Assembly (NCBI RefSeq): GCF_037042905.1
Contig: NC_087245.1
Location: 41,728,001-41,792,000 of the forward strand
Length of the DNA stretch: 64,000 nucleotides
From: Lytechinus pictus
Lineage: Eukaryota
Direction of reading: 5' to 3'
Below, piece after piece: positions 57,561 through 64,000 of this stretch. The first letter of the stretch is position 1; every line of letters begins with the position of its first letter. Position numbers and translations under genes: made by a program. The notes beneath the pieces were generated by a model. That model was not told where the DNA came from. It saw only the letters and a list, made by a program, of their open reading frames with translations, and ran no database searches.

Positions 57561-58189
57561 ATTGGGTCACAAATGTAAGTAATGCAACATATAATGTGGA
57601 ATATATCATGTTTGGAATACAAACAATTTGGGCATTATTTATGTAGGTCTATTTTTGGCTGAAAGTTCTTTTGAGGATGTGCAGATTAAGAATATGACGA
57701 AGGCTACTTTGGCAACCTTGGGCAACGTCAGTTTGTGACGTTATAAACCAATAAACGACACCATCCTTTTCACATAGGTCAGCCTCTTAATTATGACTTA
57801 TCTAGTATACAAAATTAACAAATCATGTTTGGTATCAAATTAAAGCTTATGGAAAACGGAATGTACATTTAAAGGTTAGAAAAAAAAATGAAGCACATGT
57901 AAAGGTGACCTTTAGGTCATTTACACGCAAGAAAGGTTGATGATCGCGCGAGTTTAACAGGACTTTAAACAAAACGTTTTATATATCATTTTGTATTGAA
58001 TCAGTTCATGTGATTCCAAATAATCTACACCAATTTAACATTTTAAACCATGTCCTGTTATATTCCTCTCACAACTACCCTCTGTACCATACCTCTTCGA
58101 CCAGATGCTCATAGGATTCCCCTTCACCAACAATCTCCACTGCCAGAGCTGTGTTACTTCGATTCACACTTGGAGTATGAACTATGAAA

Positions 58190-59090
58190 TATATATGTTT
58201 CGACGGCCGACCAGCAATTGCATTAATCCTTAAAAGTTATAGAACAGGGTGATGCTGACTTGTATCAACAAAGAAGTTATTTTTTAATTCCTTTGGAACA
58301 ACCACTGTGTCATGAACAAGTACGGGTAGACCCAATGTCCTGTTCCATGTACCATCAGCTATCTTCTGAAGATGTAATGGCAGTAGAAGCATGTATAATT
58401 TTTATCTGACGACACTGACATTTCTGTTCTACCAGTGTTCTCATTTCGAGTATACGGGGGGTATACAAGTCTTTTGCATACGGATGGAAAAGTAATTGAT
58501 ATTGAAGGTATGACATTGAAGTTTGGAGAAAAAATGCTAGCTTTGCACAGATAATTCGCTATCAGGTTGTGATACCATGTTGTGTCAATTCGGCAAGGGA
58601 AAGTTTTCCTCTCTTGCTGCTCATGCTTGCTGCTCGAATGAGATCTTAATATAGAGAGCCCGATGTAGAAGAAGTGGACTGGATCAGTTAAAGGTGTAAT
58701 ATTTATACTTTTCACCTATATTAACTAATATAACAAATGTAATGGTCTCTCTAAAATTACTTAGCACTACTTCACATTATTTAGCAAGAAGACAGATTTT
58801 TCAAAGATCATGAGCCTACCCCCAACTGACAAGTCAGCAAAAGAGCATGATTATCAAAGGTGCTCTTCCTCAGGAGCTTTATCTGGAGAGCAACTGATTA
58901 GAATGACTCCCCTGCAACTTGCCTCCCATGTATGGATGGGAAGTATAAGTTAGGAGGGCACTCCTGTACATGTTCATAGCACATTAGTTACTCCCAAGGA
59001 ATTATCAGAACTTGTTCCATGTGGATTTAAATCGGGGCCACCATGCTCTAGGGTAAGCATTTGCCACTTATCGTGTATCGTACGTAAATA
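58190..59090 (+). pseudogene. Academ-type transposase remnant (DDE, XPG-like nuclease and Cys-rich motifs) with frameshifts and stops
   Basis: In order on +: YVSTADQQLH (~58196-58225), LSDDTDISVL (~58402-58431), GKVIDIE, LSGCDTMLCQFGKGK (~58559-58603), LPPTDKSAKEH (58816-58848), IWRA, YGWEV, PKELSELVPCGFKSGPPC (~58993-59046). Confidence 0.75.
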
Positions 59091-60459
59091 ACATTGTGTC
59101 ATTCTAAATACAAGGAATACTGAACATGCAGTTGAGATTAAAGAGGGGGAAATCAGTCTGGAAGATGAATGACAGAAGAAAATGTAGTGAAGTTAGGATG
59201 ATGTAAAATGTCAAATTTGTCTAATTGCATACTTGTCTAAAAGTGTGAATTTGTGTTGTCGAAGTCATTTTCTTAGGTAGCTCCAATATGATTGATCTTT
59301 ATCCGTAAATTGTGTATAATACATTTTTTACCGTGTATGCCTCTGTCTTTGATTATAGCTAATGTGTTTTTAAAGAAAAAACAAACACTGTGCAATTTTA
59401 TTTCATGTAGGAAAATGGTTGATATGATACCAAGCTTATACATGTTTTGATTCAAGTCTTGTGACATTGCCTGACATCATTTGACCTACCATTAACATAA
59501 CTGTACTTTAGGTGGTCTTGTCATGTATTTAATCTTTTGTAACTTTTAGATTTGCATTTCAACTGACACAAGCTTAAATTAGTTACCAACCACGATAGGT
59601 TTATTCTATAAAGTGTCACATTCTGTCATGATTACTTATAGGCCTATATGAAAAGTGGGCGTGGTTCGTGACGTCAGAAAATAGAAATTGCCAAAGGGTG
59701 AGGAGGCAGAACACGTCACATCGTTAATATACACCTCCTCAACCAAACATGATATATTCCACATTATAATGCATTTATTACATTTGTAGCCCAGTTTGAC
59801 CTTTTATAACCTTAGAATGACCTTTAATTGTCCTGGAAAAGTTTTAAAAACCCAGTGATTCATATAAGTGGATTTTATTTTGAATTTGATTTAATTCGAT
59901 ATCAAACATGATATGTTTATTCCGCTAAATATTTAAGAGGAATGTAAGGAACCTGGTATTGTTTACGACGTCACAAAAATAAAATTCATCAAGATGCCAA
60001 AGTAGCACAGGTCGGATTCTTAATATGCACACCCTCAGCTTAACCTTTGCCAAAAAATGCACATAATATCCAACTTGTTTGTAGTTAAAACATGATAATT
60101 ATGTCCTACATTATATATATTACATTTGTAAGGCAATTTGACCTTTAATGACCTTAAATGACTTTTAACTAACTTATGTGTGATTTAAATGTCCAGTGAT
60201 CCATAGATTTACATATGATTTTTCCTAATTTGATACCAAACATGACATGTTTATTCCTTGAAATATGTAATTCATATTTAAGAGGTATGTGAAAAAGTGG
60301 GCGTGGCCTATGACGTCAATAAAAAATTCCAAAGGGTGCCCAGGTGACACTCGTCGGATTCTTTGAGTAGACACCCCATACTACAACTTCCAGCAAAAAA
60401 ATCGCAGTCATACCCAACTTGACGGTCATGCAATAATTTTGATCATATCTACCCGACTA

Positions 60460-62677
60460 TCTGTAAATGTCTGTTTTAAGGTGCGAATATCAACAATTTG
60501 CAGCTTGCGCTGTGCGCTCGTATTTAGATTGGTGAGTTATGTATACCTATATATCAATTCTATAACAAACTAATTAAAATCCCGCAAATTTATGACAGTT
60601 GATAAGAAATGTCGGCTGGCGATTTGCGCTCGCATTATTCGTTAAAAATATTTCATCCCATGAATCCAATTCATGATTACAAAGTGCTTAAAATATCCAG
60701 TATTCAGGCCTCATTAGGCTTATTAGATTGATAAATATGATAATAATTTTTTTTTTCGCGCTTAGGAAGCGGAATAGGAAGACAGTCATGTCATCATTTT
60801 CATATGATGCCAAAATGTCCTTTGGCCTAGAATGTCCCGATCCTAGGTTAAAATGATAATAAAATATCAGCTCGCGCTCCGCGCTCGCATAATCAATTGA
60901 GTGCTATCAACATCCACCTCACAATTTCCCTACACAGTGCTTTAAATAGTGCTTAAATTGACCATTTTCATATCGGAATATCAAATATTTTCAGCTTGCG
61001 CTACGCGCTCGCATAATTGGTTTTCATGATAAAAATGAAATGTATTCAGATTATGTTTAACTCTTAAACACGCGCACGCATGTTTTTGAAATACGCAGCT
61101 TGATCTTTATTCAAAATGTGCTAAGATTATCCAGTTTCAGATCAGAATATCAAAATTTTTCTGCTTGCGCTTTGCGCTCGCATTATTAATGTACATGTAG
61201 GAAGATACCAAATTATACCCATCCTTTTTCATGATTTACAAAACATGAATAGAGTGTCTCGTTTTTAGGGTTTGAAATCTATTTTTTTCCTCTCGCGCTT
61301 CGCGCTCGTATCAATTGTTTGGTTATATACCTATAACGTTCATGATTACAAAAAGTGCAAAGAACGTCAATTTTTTAGGTCGGAATGTCAAAAATTTTCA
61401 GCTCGCGCTCGCATTATTTATTCGTTGAAATATGTATCGTCTTAATGGCTAACTGCAAAACGTCCTTAACAAGTCCCTTTTCGACAAGGCCAGAACGCAT
61501 ATTAAAAATTTCTGCTCGCGCTTCGCGCTCGCAGTAATTATCTAGTTACATATGCATCTTCTTCAGGTTCACAAACATTGCCCAGAGTGTTCAATTTTCA
61601 GGACAAAATACATGAAATTTCAATTTTGTTAGCTCGCACTTCGCGCTCCAACTATTTAAATAGGGCTATATTAGATTATTACACATTTATGTTGTTTATA
61701 AGAATAAAGCTTAGAAATGACAGTTAAGACATGGGCGTTTTGCCCCCCCCCCCAAAAAAAAAAAAAAAAAAAAAAAAGAGGAAAGGAAAGCGATAAGGGT
61801 GAAATATAAGATTATTTTTCCAAATATTATGTCAAAATCTATCAGGAACTTTCATTTTTGTAATAAAAATGTCAAAATTTCTGCTCGCTCCCTTCGCTCG
61901 CTCGCAACTTCTTATTAAAGGGAAATGAAACCTTTGGAATAAGTTGGCTTGTGTCGAACAGAAAAATCAAAGAATAAGAACAAAGAAAGTTTGAGAAAAA
62001 ATCAGACAAATAATGAGAAAGTTATGAACATTTGAATATTGCAATCACTAATGCTATGGAGATCCTCCAATTGGCAATGCGACAAGGATGTGTGATGTCA
62101 CATGTGAACAACTTTCCCTTTGATGGAATATAGAATACCCTCAAAATGTCTCTTTCTGCTTTTTCTTGTGTTGATACAAACTCTTTATCCATGATGTATT
62201 CTTTAAAAATCTGTATTACATGCCCTCCTATAGAAAGAACACATGATCTACTGATAGATGTGTTAAAAGAGGCAATTTAAGTGAAATATATACTAAAGTA
62301 ATGGGGAGAGTTGTTCACAAGTGACATCACACATCTTTGTCGCATTGCCAATTTGAGGATCTCCATAGCATTAGTGATCGCAATATTCAAATGCTCATAA
62401 CTTTCTCATTATTTGTCCGATTTTTCTCAAACTTTCGTTGATCTGTTTCTTTGATTTGTCTGTTTTCACACAAGCTATCTTGTTCTAAATGTTTCATTCT
62501 CCTTTAATTTTACGCGATACGCAATTATCGAGCCCCTCAAAATTGTTGGCTCATTACGCCACTGGGACAACCCCTTCCTAGAAACAAACAAAAATCAACT
62601 TTGAGCGGCCAATCGGGAAAATATGGGTGAAAAAAAAAATCGCCCCCCTCTATTGGCGGAAGCTGGGTCCGCCCCTG
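60460..62677. mobile_element. Left-truncated relative of the 55286-57560 family
   Basis: Colinear with ~55790-57520; ends gggtccgcccctg; carries nested MITEs at ~61730-62563 and 61919-62503. A further degenerate copy lies at ~22400-23344. Confidence 0.75.
61919..62503. mobile_element. Kolobok-like MITE family C
   Basis: TTAA at 61915-61918 and 62504-62507; TIR agggaaatgaaac / gtttcattctcct; long palindromic arms. Confidence 0.85.
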
Positions 62678-63894
62678 CTTAAGGGTAAGCTTACCTCTAA
62701 TTACACTCGTAGTACAAAAAGAAAACAGCTTTTCAATGGCCCTCGAAATTAAATCTGGCACTTTTACTCCATATAATCATATCTTTGATATAATATAATC
62801 AGCAACAATTATAGTGTCGCCAAAACGGCAAATAGTAAAATGGAAAAAAAGAACTGGTGAACGGTGAAAGGCCCACTAATAAAGAAGAAAGGCAAGTCAT
62901 ATCAAATGCCCACAAAGCAGTGTGTAGTGAGCTAAAAAATTGAGGGGCCAGATATTGTGAGTGGATAAAAAAAAAAGATGCGAGCGAGCGAAGTGAGGTA
63001 GCAACTTAAGATTGTGATGATTACAAAGATCTATTTGTTTCAATAGATTTTGATGTGATATACAGAAAATCATGTAATATTTTACATTTTGCCTTGCCCT
63101 TTTGTTAACTTTTCTTATCAGGTCGTGGTGGCCACATACAGTCCCAAGCCCCCCATCTTTACACCACTTTTTTATGCCTACTCATAATATTTTACTGCTT
63201 TCAATTTAAAAATTGTGAAAATATTTGTTGATTTGAATGGTATTTAGGGAGTTGCATCCCCTTGCAAAACTTATATTACTATTTTCATTGCTAGGCCTAA
63301 TTGATTTTGTGTCGAGAAATGTTTGGTTAACGAAATGGGGGGAATATGGATGTTTAAATGATGAAAAACTATCGCATTCAACAATAATAATATAAAAAAA
63401 TACTGTAACAGTCTTGATACGAGTAATGGAATACAGTAATTTAGATCACAATGCATGTAATAAGTAGATGAGATTATGAAGGCATGTGGACGCAATGCAG
63501 ACCGTTATAGAAATGCCAAGAGCGCCAACTCCCGGCAGAGAGGGAAATTAGTAAATGTTTTGTGATGAAATGCTTTCACTTTCAATAAATGGGAAGTGTT
63601 CTGTTCTTCATAGGGCATCTAAAAGGTAAAATGTCAATATGAAGCCTTGTTCATACAAGAACCCATTTACAATTCACATTTGCTGTAACTTGAAGAAAAT
63701 CCATGAGGACAAACAAAAGAATGTGAAATAATAATAAATAATTTTGGAATTTACTGCATTGGATTTGTCTTCGATTTCTTTTCAATCATTTTGAAGTAAT
63801 TGTTTTATACTCTTCCAACCCATTTGTTAACTGATTTTGTTTTGTTTGTTTGATGTATGTATTGATTCATCCAGGAAGAAAGACGAATGATGAA

Positions 63895-64000
63895 GAAAAA
63901 CAAATCTGATCATCTGGACTTACTGTTTGAATCTGGAGGGTACAGTTTCACGTCCGATCCAACACGCTTCTTTAGCTCGTCTGAACTGGCAGGATTTCCC
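63895..64000 (-). mobile_element. Penelope-like terminal fragment, truncated by the window end
   Basis: Minus strand reads ctaaagaagcgtgttggatcggacgtgaaactgt...aagtccagatga; homolog of 43405-43600. Confidence 0.45.

Larger units (their letters stand above)
54630..60459 (+). mobile_element. Decayed Academ-like DNA transposon
   Basis: TAG...CTA termini (tagtcaagtaga / tctacccgacta); long imperfect TIRs (54654-54950 pairs clearly with 60130-60425); internal transposase remnant; no matching TSD. Confidence 0.75.

Noticed and set aside
58359..58715. 118-aa minus-strand ORF
   Set aside because: Antisense to the transposase remnant; the recognisable motifs are on the + strand.

Overview
Eukaryotic, AT-rich, repeat-dense animal DNA; the repeat landscape suggests a marine invertebrate such as a sea urchin (inference only). 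One protein-coding gene is recognisable: a + strand organic anion transporting polypeptide (SLCO/OATP, most like SLCO4A1). I traced 10 coding exons from 8835 to the stop at 50436 (1944 nt, 647 aa plus stop). All splice phases are consistent, one intron is ~30 kb and one is GC-AG. The start-codon exon was not identified. The rest is mostly non-autonomous DNA transposons, many with readable TIRs and TSDs: Kolobok-like (TTAA), hAT-like (8 bp), EnSpm/CACTA-like (2 bp), Harbinger-like (TAA) and a 3.9 kb MULE-like foldback (9 bp). There are also a decayed ~5.8 kb Academ-like transposon with transposase remnants, a DINE-1/HINE-like element whose tandem unit carries nuclear-receptor elements, tRNA-derived SINEs, Penelope-like end fragments and simple repeats. 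Most ORFs in the supplied track are spurious. I see no clearly new biological system. The best leads are the DR1/DR4/IR1 array inside an OATP intron, the missing TM11 arginine, the GC-AG intron, the Academ relic and the nested foldback element.
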